From: Mobula hypostoma
Lineage: Eukaryota
NCBI RefSeq assembly: GCF_963921235.1
Contig: NC_086109.1
Location: forward strand, 5,086,001 to 5,150,000
Length of the DNA: 64,000 nt
Reading direction: 5' to 3'
Under the pieces are notes generated by a model that was given only the letters and a program-made list of their open reading frames with translations, searched no databases and was not told the origin of the DNA. The position numbers were made by a program, and so were the translations under genes. This document shows, in pieces, positions 39,001 to 51,100 of the stretch. Each line of letters begins with the position of its first letter. Within the stretch, counting starts at the first letter, position 1.

Positions 39001-42000
39001 TGTCTTATGAGGATACATTGAACAAGCTCAGGCTTTTCCCTTTGGAGCAATGGAGGATGAGAGGTGACTTAAGAGGTGGTGAAGATGATAAGGAGCATGG
39101 ATTAAGCAAACGGCCAGAGACCAATACGAGGGGACATAATTTTAAGGAGATTGGAAGAAGGTGCAGAGAGTGGTGGAACATGCTGCCTGTGGAGGCGGTA
39201 GGGGCAGGTACATTAGGGGCATTTAAGGGGCTCTTAGATAGGCACATGGATGAAAGGGAAATGGAGGGTTGTGTGGGAAGGAAGGGTTAGACTGTTCTTA
39301 GAGAAGGTTACAAATTTGGCCAAAGGGCCTGTACTGTGCTGTGTTGGTAAATGGTCTAGTTACTTATTTATAGGTACAACACAGAACAGATCCTTTTGGC
39401 CCAATTAGCAACACAGCCCATCAACCCACCTATTCTAATCACAGGGACATTTACAATGACCAATTAACACAAATGGGAGCCTCCCAGTCTGGTAAAGTGT
39501 TCCTTTATAATTTAGAGGTACAACACGATAACAGCCTCTTCCATCCCAAAGAGTCCGCGCTGCCTAATTACACCCATGTGACCAAATAACCTACTAACCC
39601 GTACACCTGGAACGGGTGAGGAAACTGGGGAAGCCGGAGGGAATCACAGGGAAGATGTACAAACTCCTTACAGGCAGCGCCCGGATTGAACTCCAAACTC
39701 CAGAACGTCTCAGGCTGTAATAGCGTCGAGCTATCGTGTGTCCCCCCCCATGTTCTACGTGCTTTGAATAACTCAGCAAGGAATCAGGCCCTTCAGCCCA
39801 ACTGCGATGTCCCGTCACCTCAGGTCACAAACTTCTCTCAGGGATTTACATTTTCCCCTTTCCCTCTTATGTTCATTCCTCCTGCTTCCTAGTTCCCTCT
39901 GTTCAGGTAACAGACGTCAGGGTGAGTTTGGACAACGGGAAAGGCCGATCACAGGGTGCCATTAATCCAGCACACAGCACTCATGTCTGAGATCATTTGG
40001 AACATACTTATCTAATTTCAGTACTATAAACCACAATGTACATTTGTTATAAAGACCACAAGACATTGAAGCAGGTAGGGCCATTTGGCCCATCAAGTCT
40101 TCTCTACCATTCGATCATGGCCAATTTACTATCCCTATCAACCCCATTCTCCTGACTTCCCCCCATAACCTTCAATGCTCTAATGAAGAGACTATCAACT
40201 TCCGCTTTAAATATGCCCAATGACATGGCTTCTGCAGCTGTCTGTAGTAATGTATTCCACTACAGTTCAGGCTGGGGCACGGATCTATCAGGAGGAGCCA
40301 GTGAGCCTTTGCTACAGCCCCTGACGTGGCACAGAGCCCCAGAGGTGGTGGCTGGTACTTACTCCGACAGCCCGCAGGGTCACTGGCATCCAGTCCGTAG
40401 AAATCAGCTTTGCAGCGGTCACACCGAGCTCCCTCCACATTCTTCTTGCACCTGCACCGTTGTGTCACAGGGTCACACATCCCGCCGTCAACCGAACCCG
40501 AGGGATCACAGTCACAAGCTAATGGTAATAAAAAATAATAACAAAAGAGATGGAGAGGTTAGTGCTGCACGTGTCCCCTGCTGGGCCAGAGTTCAGGGGA
40601 GGGCCAAGAGATGCTGGTCAGTCTGAGGAAAGCTCGCTAACACAGTGAAAGCTCAAGATCTGCAACCACTTGTCTCGTTGTGTGTACATAGGGTTGCCAA
40701 CTTTCTCACTCCCAAACAAGGGACAAAAGTAGCAGTCAAATAGGGGACACTTGTGTTTACCCCGAGAAAGACTACCATGACCATGAAGCCTTGGGCAGGC
40801 ACCTGTGTGCGCGTACGTGACGTGCACATGCGTGTACGTGCCGATTTTTTTCTACAAATCGGTTTTGGCTTAATCTTTCCAATTCTGCTTTTACTATATG
40901 TTAGTGTTATTTTAGGTAGTATGTGTTATTTGGTATGACTTGTTAGGTTATTTTTTGGGTCTGGGAACGCTCAAAAAATTTTCCCATATAAATTAATGGC
41001 AATTGCTTCTTCGGTTTCCGCCATTTCGGCTTATGAATGGTTTCATAGGAACGCTTTACCTTAGCGGGGGAAATACGGGACAAGGGCAGTCCCGTATGGG
41101 ACAAACCAATTTAGCCCAACATGCGGGACGTCCCGGCCGATACGGGACAGTTGGCAACCCTATGTGTACCTTATGATTAAATCAAAGCTTTCTGAAGGGC
41201 CTTGGGAAACAGCCAAAAAAAAACTGCAGAGCAGAGGGAAAGAACGAGGAGAGGGACTAACTCGGTGGCTTTTCAGAACTCAGGGTGGCTATCCAGGTCA
41301 GTGTACGTCCGTGTGAGCAAAGGCCAGTTGGTGGACGATGGCTAATCTGGGCTCAATACCGAAGATTGAAGTCAAAAATCAACCAGAAGTCTGGAACTCG
41401 TCACCTTGTTCCTGCCATAGATGGTACACGACCTGCTGAGTTCTTCCAGCATTTTGTATATGTTATCCCAGCAAATAATTGTTTTGTGCTATTGCAGGGA
41501 AATTGGGACGGCTGAATACAGATCTCTCTGGGAGTGGAAGGACTTGCTGTTTTGTGGATGGTAGGATGTGGTGGGGCGTTTTACGCTGGTCTCAGATTCC
41601 CTGAGCAATGTGAGATGGAAGAGAGTTCACTCACCCACACAGGCATCCACGGCACTGATATCTCGCTGAGGGTGTCGGTAGAAGGGGGGTTTGCACCTCT
41701 CACAGTTCTTCCCCATGGTGTTGTGCTGACAGTCATCACAGACTCCTCCGCTGGCACCCCCGCTGGCCTGGTACACCGCGGCGTCAAAGTGGCATTTCTG
41801 TGAATGGTTGTTACAGTTGCACTCTGCAGGGAACGGAAAGCCAAATGACAAAAACCCGAGAACGTGTACAATGAGCTCAAGGGCAGCTTCTACCCCGCTG
41901 TTCTCAGGAAGTTAAACAGAACTCTTCCACGGTGAAGATAAAGTCTACGTTGGCTCGGTCCTTACACCTTGTTGTCTACCTGCACTAGCCCTCTTCACAT

Positions 42001-42102
42001 TACCCCCATCAGGGCCGAAGTAGAGCGCCATCAGCTTCTTCCTCTCCGCCATGAGATTTCTGACTGTCCCATGAACAATACTATATAATATAAGACTGTG
42101 TT

Positions 42103-42137
<35 letters not shown>

Positions 42138-45100
42138 TGATCAATCGATCGAAATACAGCATGGAATAGGCACTTCCGGCCCTTCGAGCTGCGTCACCCA
42201 ACAACCCCCCAATTTAACCCTGGCCTAATCACTGGACACGTGGGCATGTGGCCAAGTGGTTAAGGCATTGGACTGACAACCTGAGGGTCGTGAGTTCGAG
42301 CCCCAGCCGAGGCAGCGTGTTGTGTCCTTGAGCAAGGCACTTAACCACACATTGCTCTGCGACGACACTGGTGCCAAGCTGTATGGGTCCTAATGCCCTT
42401 CCCTTGGACAACATTGGTGTCATGGAGAGGGGAGACTTGCAGCATGGACAACTGCTGGACTTCCATACAACCTTGCCCAGGCCTGCGCCCTCGAGAGTGA
42501 AGACTTTCCAGGCGCAGATCCATGGTCTCGCAAGACTAACGGATGTCTTTAAATCACCAGACAATTTACAATGGCCAATTAACCTATCAACCAGTACGTC
42601 TTTGGACTGTGGGAGGAAACCAGGGCACCTGGAAGAAACCCACGCGGTCACGCAGAGAGCATTCAAACTCCTTACGGACGGTGGCGGGAATTGAACCTGG
42701 GTTGCTTGTGTTGTAATAGTGTTACACCAAAAGGAAGGAGTTTTAGAGGGGATTTGAGGGAGAAGTTTTGTTCTCCATATAAAAAATGTGATTGAAGTAG
42801 GAATAGGCCCTTCGGCCCACAAAGGGGCTGTTTTCTCTGGAGCAGCAGAGATCTGATACAGGCTGGTAAGGATATGAGAGGCATAGATAGAGCAGACAGG
42901 GAGTATCTTTTTCCCAGCGTAGAAATGTCTAATACCAAACGGCATGCATTGAAGGTGAGGGGGGTAGGTTCAAAGAGGATGTGAGGGGAAAGTTTTTTTA
43001 CTCAGAGAGTGGTGGATTCCTGCTATGGTGGTAGAGGCAAATATCATGGAGGCTTTTAAGAGATGTTTGGATGGGCACACGAATGTGAGGAAGATGGAGG
43101 GATGTGGACATGGTGTAGGCAGGAGGGATTCGTTTTTGGTGGGTTTTGATTTACTTTTTAGCCGGTTTGGCACAACATTGTGGGCTGAATGGCCTCTCCC
43201 TGTGCTGTACTGCTCTATGTTTAATATCCCTGCTAAACATGGTACCAATAAGTTAACCGACTGCTGTAGACTACCAGGAGTGCAGCTTAACGGGAAAAAA
43301 ACTCCAAAGGGAGCTGATAGACGAGTGTTGGATAGAACACATTGCAGAGATATTGGGAAATCGGGGGAAGGGGACTGATGGGATAGCTCCCTTGGAAGCT
43401 GGCAGGGACCAGATGGATCGAATGGCCTCCTCTCATGCTGTTGCAAGTTAAGCAGTCGGTGCACTTGCATGCCCTCAGCCAAGAAACTGATACAAAACGT
43501 AGGTCGGAAAACCCAGCCATTTACAGCGGTGGTGAGACATTTAGCAATAAAATGTGACTAATGAACACCAGGTTCCTTCTAAGCATTCATTTTAGTCTCT
43601 TATAACTAGACCCTAACTGCAAGCCTAGGCCCATGGAGAGGGACAGAATGCAATGTTACTCACTCTTGCACACGTTGGGACTGTATTCGTCTGCTGGCTT
43701 CCATGGCTGGTCATTGTAGAGGCTTGCACACGTCTCGCAGTTCTTGCCTACGGTATTGTGCTCACAGGCACACTGTCCGTAAGCCTGAAGGAAACAACCA
43801 AGAAAAGCTAAAGTTACACGTAGAAAATTATAAATGACCTGGATGAAAGTGTGGGTGGGTGGGTTAACAAGTCTGCAAATGCTACAAAGATTGGTGGCAT
43901 TGTGGATAGTGTAGAAGATTGCCAAAGGATTGATTGGGATATAGATCAGCTGCATACATGGGCAGAGAAATGGCAGATGAAGGTTAGCCCAGATAAATGT
44001 GAAGTGTTGCACTCAGAGTTGGTAGGTCAAATGTAAAAACACCGTGCACCGTCAATGGCAAGACGCTTAAAGGTGTTGCTATGCAGAGGGATCTGCAGAT
44101 CCAAGTCCATAGTTCTCTGAAAGTGACTGCACTGGGAGAGGATTCAGAGGAGGTTTATGGAAATGATCCCAGGAATGAAAGGGTTAACATACATTTGATG
44201 GCTCTGGGTCTGTACTTGATGGAGTTTAGAAGAATGAGGGTGGGGGGGGGATCTCATTGAAACCTATTTATTTTAAGGCCTGGATAGCTGGACATGGAGA
44301 GAATGTTTTCCAGGTAGAGTTTGCTTTATTGGGGGAGTATAGGTTAGGAAGGCACAGCCACAGAATAGAAAGATATCCTTTTAGAAAGAGATAAGAAGGA
44401 ATTTTGTCAGCAGGAGGGTGGTGAATCTGTGGAATTCATTGCCTTAGTCATTGGTGTATTTAAAGTGGAGGTTGATAGGTTCTTGGTTAGTGGATTGAGA
44501 AAGAAAATAATAAAAAAAATCAGCCATGGAACAGACTTGATGGGCCAAATGGCCTAATTCTGCTCCTATGTCTTATGGGATGCGGAGCTAGAACAGAGAA
44601 GATGGATCTCATGGCAGAGACTGGGGTTGAAAATGTGAGACATTACGGTTCAGGGCAAGCGCTGGGGGTAACGTGATTTACACCAGTACTGACAGTGCGG
44701 CTGTAACAAGGCAGGATGTGACACAGATAAATGGCTTTTAGAATGACTGCCACTGTGAAGGACAAAGTTGAAAGGCAACACACAAAGCAACTGGAGGAAC
44801 TGAGCGGGTCAGGCAGCATCTGCGGAGGGAAATGGACAGTCGATGTTTCAGGCTGAGACCCTTCATCAGGACTGGAAAGAAAGAGGGGAGACAGCCAGTA
44901 AAAGTAAGTGGGAGGAGGGTTGGAACAAGAGTTGGAGGATGATAGGCGAGGCAGGAATGGTGTGGGGGACTGGGGGTGATGGAATCTGAGAGGAGAGGAT
45001 GGTGGAGCAGGTAATTAAAGAGCGGGAGGCAAGGAGTGGAAGCAGTGAGTAGGGTGTGGAGAATGGGAGAGAACGAAGAGAAGGGGTGACAGGACCAGGT

Positions 45101-48100
45101 GGATTTGGAGGCGAGAGGAGGGAGGAAAGGGTCAGAAGAGGGAAATGAGGGAAATTGATGCTCATGCTGTCAAGTTAGAGAGGAGGTTCTGTTCCTCTAA
45201 TTTACGCTGAGCCTCAACTCGCCCGTGGAGGAGGCCGTGGACAGAGATGTCAATACAGCAATGGGAAGTAGTAGATTTGACTGGCACTGTGAATGGAGCA
45301 AGCAGTTCCCCCAATTGGTGTTGGGGCTCAGTGATGTAGAGGAGGCTGCATCAGGTCCACCGGATGCAATAACTGACCTCGACGGCTGAGGTTGGCTTTT
45401 GCAGACTGTAATAATCAGCCCCCGTTTCAGTCGGACCTGTCCTGTGCATATTGCCGCGAAATGTGAATTCCTACCGTCCGGAACTACACCAGGGTTGTGG
45501 GATAACGTTGCATTTCATCACGGAGTCAGGGCTCCGGTCCACACGCTGCCAATGCAAGCAGCCAGCACGCGGCACAATCGGGACACGGAACGGCAGAGCG
45601 ACGCTTACCCTTGGCCTGGGGCCCCGCGGGGTGAGCAAGGATTTGCTTCCTGACGCACATCTGGAGGCGTGGCCGTGACAGAAACAGCTGCCCTGCACCT
45701 TGAGCTCGTACACGGCGTAGAAGGTGTTGACGTTGCTGAGCTGCTGAGATGAGGGCGACTTGTAGGGTTTGATAAAATTAATCCTTAGGTTTGTAAATGG
45801 TGTTAAATCTAAAAAAAACAAAAGAATGTTCATTGAGTGACAATTACAGTGAAACTCTCTCATTCTTCTCAAGGTGATTATTTATCAGAACCTTTTGTTG
45901 AATGTGTTGGGCACATGGCCAAGTGGTTAAGGCGTTCGTCTAGTGATCTGAAGGTCGCTAGTTTGACCAGTCCCCTATCCCACCAGTCCCCTTCGACCTT
46001 TGTACAGTCTGCAAAACTCAGCTGTGGCAGCGTGTTTATGTCCTTGAGCAAGGCAGTTAACCACACATTGCTCTAGTGTCTGTGCGAGGAGTGGCCCCCC
46101 CTCACAGTCTTCCAATCTGCGCCTTGTAAGACATGAAAAAGCCCGACGCAGGCCTCTCATGGTCTGAGTCGACGTTCCCCCCTTTGCTAAATGTGATTTG
46201 TATAATCACAACAGTGATAGCATATTAGTCTTCATTATCTCTTACTTAGAGTAACAGTTCAGAACAGGCCCTCCTGGCTCTCTCCCCAGAGTGACGGACT
46301 GTGGGAGGAAACTGGAGCACCTGGAGGAAACCCAGATGCTCACTGGGGGGAGACGTACAAACTCCTTACAGACAGTGTCGGAATTGAACTCTGAACTCCA
46401 GAATGCCCCCAGCTGTAATAGCGCCGGCCCAGCTTTCAAGTGACCATGGCGTCCCTTGAATGAGGCCTGGAGGCTAAAGCGAGTGGAACCATTTGAAAAG
46501 AATTCCCAGGCCCTACCCACTGGGTACAAACCCGGAGGCAACCCGTCCATCATTTTGTGCTTTCACTCTTTTTTACAGAGTTGCGTTTGGTATCACCTCC
46601 CTCCGGTCGGCCCGAAACCTATTAGTCTCCCAGCACAGCAATGTGTCCATCAGGGAACGCTGCCGAGTGGCAGCATTCGGGCTGCAGGAGGACGTGTCGA
46701 ATCTCAGCGTAAAGGCTCTGTGGAGAAAGGCTCCTTCCACTAAAACACATGGTGGGAGAGGGGCTCAGCTGGGTGGGGAAGCCCCTCAAACTATGTAATA
46801 TTTAAGTAATATCTATGTAACTCTTATTATTCCGGGGCCAGATGAGTGGCAATGGGGCTATGGTTTCTTTCTTCTAAGAATTTCACTCAATGCAAGGACC
46901 ATGAAGGCAAAAGTTTTGCACCGTTTCTTCTACTGTATACTTCTTTTTAAAAAAATTCTTAATAATGTCCATTTCTGAAAAAGAACTCTGTCTTTGTACT
47001 TTCATTATTGAGTTGACAGCCAGAGACCTTTCCCCAGGGTGTCAATGGCTAACATGAGGGGGCATAGTTTTAAAGTGACTGAAGGAAAGTATGGGTTTGG
47101 GGGAAATATCACAGGTAGGTTTTTTTTTTAAAAACACGCAGCGGTGAGTGTGTGGAATGCATTTCCAGGGGTACTGGTACAGCAGGTACATTAGGGGCAT
47201 TTAAGAGACTCGTAGATAGGCACATGGATGATAGAAAAGTGGAGCGCTAAGTGGGAAGGAAGGGTTATATTGATCTTAAAGCAAGTTAAAAGGTTTGCAC
47301 AACATTATGGGCCGAAGGACTTGTTCCACGTTGAACTGTTTTATAATCTATTGTGGCTCTCTGTACTCAGGGATTAATAGTTACTCCTGTCTGCTCTTAC
47401 TGGAAAATCTATAATTCTATACAACAAACAACCAGAAGGAGGAACACAATTTGAGTCAAGCGAGTTAGGAGAAAGGAACTATCAATGTTTTGGGCTCGGA
47501 CCCCGTATGTGGTTTATACCCTGTTCTGTCTCCTCACTGAAATCTGAGCAGGGAAAAATATTACTCTAAAGACTCTGAGAGAGTCATGAAGCCATGAGGA
47601 AATGACAGTCCCTGAGCTGCCCACATTAGCTGTTACCAGAGCACCATGAACGCCGACTCCTACACAGCTACACAGTCCTGGGGAGAGCGTACAAACTCTG
47701 TACGGACAGCAGCAGAACTGAACCCAGGTCGCTAGCACTGTAATAGAGTTTCACTCACTGCGACATTACCGAGCTCTGGGATTCCCCTGCTTTCTCTTTG
47801 CCTTTAAGACCGTGTCCCGACGAAGGGTCTTGGCCAAGAATGACAACTGTACACTCCCCTCCATAGATGCTGCCTGACCTGCCGAGCTCGGCAGCATTTT
47901 GGTGCGTTACCTTGTCCTTAAGACTTTGACGCAAAGCTTCACCCTTCATTGATGTTTTGATCTCTTGCGTGAGACCCTCCTGCCTCGCTGCCAGATCCAG
48001 ATCATGACCCTGAGGGATGGGCCTGGCACATGTTTACCAGGCCCACATTTGCCTGGCACATTGTGGGCCAAAGGGTCCTGTGCTGTAATGGTCTGCATTA

Positions 48101-51100
48101 CCCATCAAAGTGCATTTATTATAAAGTATGTATACTTTATACAACCTCGAGAGTCATCTCCTTATGGGCAGCCACAACACAAAGAGACCCAATAGAACCC
48201 ATTTTAAAACACCCAATGTGCAGAGAGACAAAAAACAAATCATACAAACATAAAACAGTACAGCACAGTACAGGCCCTTTGGCCCACAATGTTGTGCCGA
48301 CCTTTAAACCCTGCCTCCCATATAAGCCCCCACCTTAAATTCCTCCATTTACCTGTCTAGTAGTCTCTTAAATTTCACTAGTGTATCTGCTTCCACCACT
48401 GACTCAGGCAGTGCATTCCACGCACCAACCACTCTCTGAGTAAAAAACCTTCCTCTAATATCCCCCTTGAACTTCCCACCCCTTACAATAAAAGTTTTCA
48501 GTGCTCAGAACTGAAGCTCACAAAAGTGAGTCCACAAGCACGAAGCCAGTCACCACTGGAACCACAGCCTCAGTTCAGCACAGAGACCAGCAGACCTCGC
48601 AAATAAACCTCCACAGGGCCTCTGGGAAGGTTTAACCATTTCAAAAGCTCCGAGTTTGTTCACAAGATCATTAAGGCAAGGTATAATTTATTAGACTGAA
48701 GAAAACCTTACTGTTAATCTTGTCGCCCTTTGTGGCGCTGATGTAGTCAGCCAGGCTGAGGGGGTTAAATACAACCTGGAAGGCAATAGAGAGAGAGAGG
48801 AGGATCAGTGGGGAAGACTTCTTTCACTGGAGTAATTGAGCTTATCTGGACGGTACGGTAGCCCAGTGGTTAGCGCGGAGTGTCGGAGCTCAATTCTGAT
48901 GCCCTCTGTAAGGAGCTTGTATCTCCTCCCCCTGAACGTGTAGGTGTCCTCCCACAGTCTAAAGACGCACCAGTTAGTGTGTTAATTGGTCATTGTAAAC
49001 TGCCCTGTGATTAGGCTAGGGTTAAATAGGCAGCGCGGTGAGACTCATTGGGCTGGAAGAGCTCTTTCTACACCATCTCTCTAAATAAATAAATAAATCT
49101 GGGTGTTGCTCTGTTGCCTGTTCTACAGATTGAACTACGGACTGTCTTTCTGACGTTAACGCTCCCCTCTGAACGCGTTGTGGTTAGTACAACAGCAGCC
49201 AGTTTCCTGGCCCCTTATCAGGTCACCGAGGAGTGGACAGCTTCGACCAGTACCTCCTGATCTGACGGACCGTGTGTCCGAGGTTGCTCCTGGCAACGGA
49301 CGTCATCAAAGCTTTGCGGCCGGCCAGCTGTGATGTGAGGGAAGGTGGCGGCACAGTCGTCGGCGAAATACTGGTAGGGTTTCCAGGTCTGGCCATTGTC
49401 CTCTGAGCGCTCGATCATCATAGCAGCAGGGCGAGGAGACTGCAGGGAGCAGGAAGGAGGAGGCTTCAGATCCAAGATCACCAGAACGTGCTCACTCAGA
49501 GCTGAGGTAGTGAACCCAGAGAAACCAAGGCAGCCATTACCCCCATCCCCTCCAACCCCAACACTGATCATTCCCACTAAACATCCCTGACCCTAAGCAA
49601 AGCACCACCCCCACCCCACATACACGATTCTAAACAATCTCTCTACCCCCAGCCCTTTTACCCCCCCCCCACCTTGCACACACAAACATGTGACAATACC
49701 TGGCACCTCTTCACACTCTTCATATAGAGGATAAATACGCACTGATCCCAAGAAAGGCAATGGAATTGGACCAGGTTAATGAAGGTGTGGGCCAGATCAA
49801 AGTGACAGTGTCCAGTGATACTGAATCTCCAGTAAAAAAGATCAAACACAAGAGTTCATTTTCCCACTACCTGTACACCAACACCTCAACTAATACTGTT
49901 GTTTAGTGTTGCTAACTGCAAGTGCTCTAGTCAGCTACAGATGGTCTACAAGAGATCCACTTAACTGCAAATACTTGAGCTAATTTTAAATCATCTGGCT
50001 AATTACAAATAACTTAGCTGAGCACCGGTGATCTGGTTAACTATAAAGGTCGAGTGGGATCCTAGCATCCAAAGTCAGGTCCGGAGGACTGGGCAGATGA
50101 GATCAACAGTAAGATCGAATGGGCAGGAAGGCGTTATTGTAATGTTCTGTGGACAGCGAAGGGCGTGATAAGGCACAGAAGATGTTCTGGACATTCACTG
50201 CAAACTAGGGAGGCCGCAGTTTGTGACACTTGTTCATACCACTGGACCTTCTCCCACAAAAGGTCTCCTGTCATTCAGGCTTGGAGATGCCAGAAATGGC
50301 AGGGAGTGAAAATGAAATGATTTTACTACTTCAGCAAGTTAGAAACTACAAAGAATTTGAAAGTATCAACCATCATCTTGAATGTTGCAATGAAAATGAA
50401 GGTTTAGAGGACATAATTGTCGATAGCATTGTATGAAGGCAGTCCATGATCTACACTAGGTGTCTGCGCTGATTTTGTTCATTTACAGCAAATCAAAAGA
50501 ACACTGCAGCATACACTGGATAAGTTCCTCGTTGATAACTATTAGGAACTATTCCAGTTTTATAGTGTTGGTAGTGTTCTAGTTTGTTACGTTATTTCAT
50601 TTAAGTACAAAATTTACCACTCAGTTAAACGATAGCTTGCCTTTTTAAAAAAAATACCTTTTTAACTATTTCATGAACCTTTGACTAATTGGGGATAGCT
50701 GTTTAATTGTGTCAAAGTGTACTGGTTGCGATGTGTCGCAATTAACTGGAATCCACTGTATTAATAATAATAATATTTCTTTCCAACGAAATCAGAAAGT
50801 TCAAAATCTTTACATGTCACTCTCTGACTAAGTAATTAATCCAAATAGTAGAAGTTAGTCTTTTTGTGTTTAGCCATTTTCATGAAAATAATATCCTACT
50901 GGATTTCTGGGAGAAATATCCTTTGAGGCCAAGTCAACACATACAAAGTGCTGGAGGAACTCAGCAAGTCAGGTAGCATCTACGGAAAAGAGTAAATAGT
51001 TGACATTTCAGGCTGAAACCTTTCATCAGGACGCAAAATGAAGCATTGGCTGTTTACTCTTTTCCATAGATGCTGCCTGACCTGCTGAGTTCTTCCAGCA

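Noticed and set aside
42242..42310. Functional tRNA gene
   Set aside because: There is no proper acceptor stem and it continues into a SINE body with a TSD.
42229..42945. 238-aa minus-strand ORF
   Set aside because: It spans three adjacent repeat fragments and has no coherent domain.
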